From Acidimicrobiia bacterium (GTDB taxonomy: Bacteria; Actinomycetota; Acidimicrobiia; IMCC26256; DASPTH01), in contig DASUMF010000438.1 in assembly GCA_036277835.1 (NCBI GenBank), forward strand, positions 1 through 29,177: 29,177 bases of DNA, given 5' to 3'. A program made the position numbers and the translations under genes. Under the pieces are notes generated by a model, which did no database searches, was not told the DNA's origin, and saw only the letters and a program-made list of their open reading frames with translations. Of this stretch, positions 29,170 through 29,177 are shown piece after piece. Positions within the stretch are counted from its first letter, which is position 1, and each line of letters begins with the position of its first letter.

Positions 29170-29177
29170 GCGGGACC

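Overview
High-GC actinobacterial window (Acidimicrobiia-like by gene content; the taxon is an inference) with 25 supportable CDS and no rRNA, tRNA, CRISPR array, transposase or integrase seen. Left end: a partial MoxR-DUF58-VWA triad, a STAS anti-anti-sigma protein and a YcnI-like copper protein. Middle: a dense acyl-CoA/xenobiotic catabolic region with two epoxide hydrolases, DUF35 + SCP2-type thiolase, a fused double class III CoA-transferase, a fused double acyl-CoA dehydrogenase, TesB, nitroreductase, a Mo-bisPGD enzyme, SDR, a degenerate Nudix protein, GNAT, a LimB-like monooxygenase, DUF2889, enoyl-CoA hydratase, an F420-type LLM oxidoreductase, TetR, amidohydrolase and an acyl-CoA synthetase. 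Right end: two tandem paralogous secreted, 8-Cys, non-lipidated periplasmic-binding-fold proteins. The most informative signals are non-coding. A 19-bp palindrome occurs three times, each over a predicted promoter around tetR (candidate regulon). A second 19-bp palindrome is shared by the two secreted paralogs. Seven genes have a -10-like hexamer exactly 6 nt before the ATG (leaderless signature). There is also a long inverted repeat and three short tandem triplications. All family calls come from motif recognition by eye; no database searches were run.
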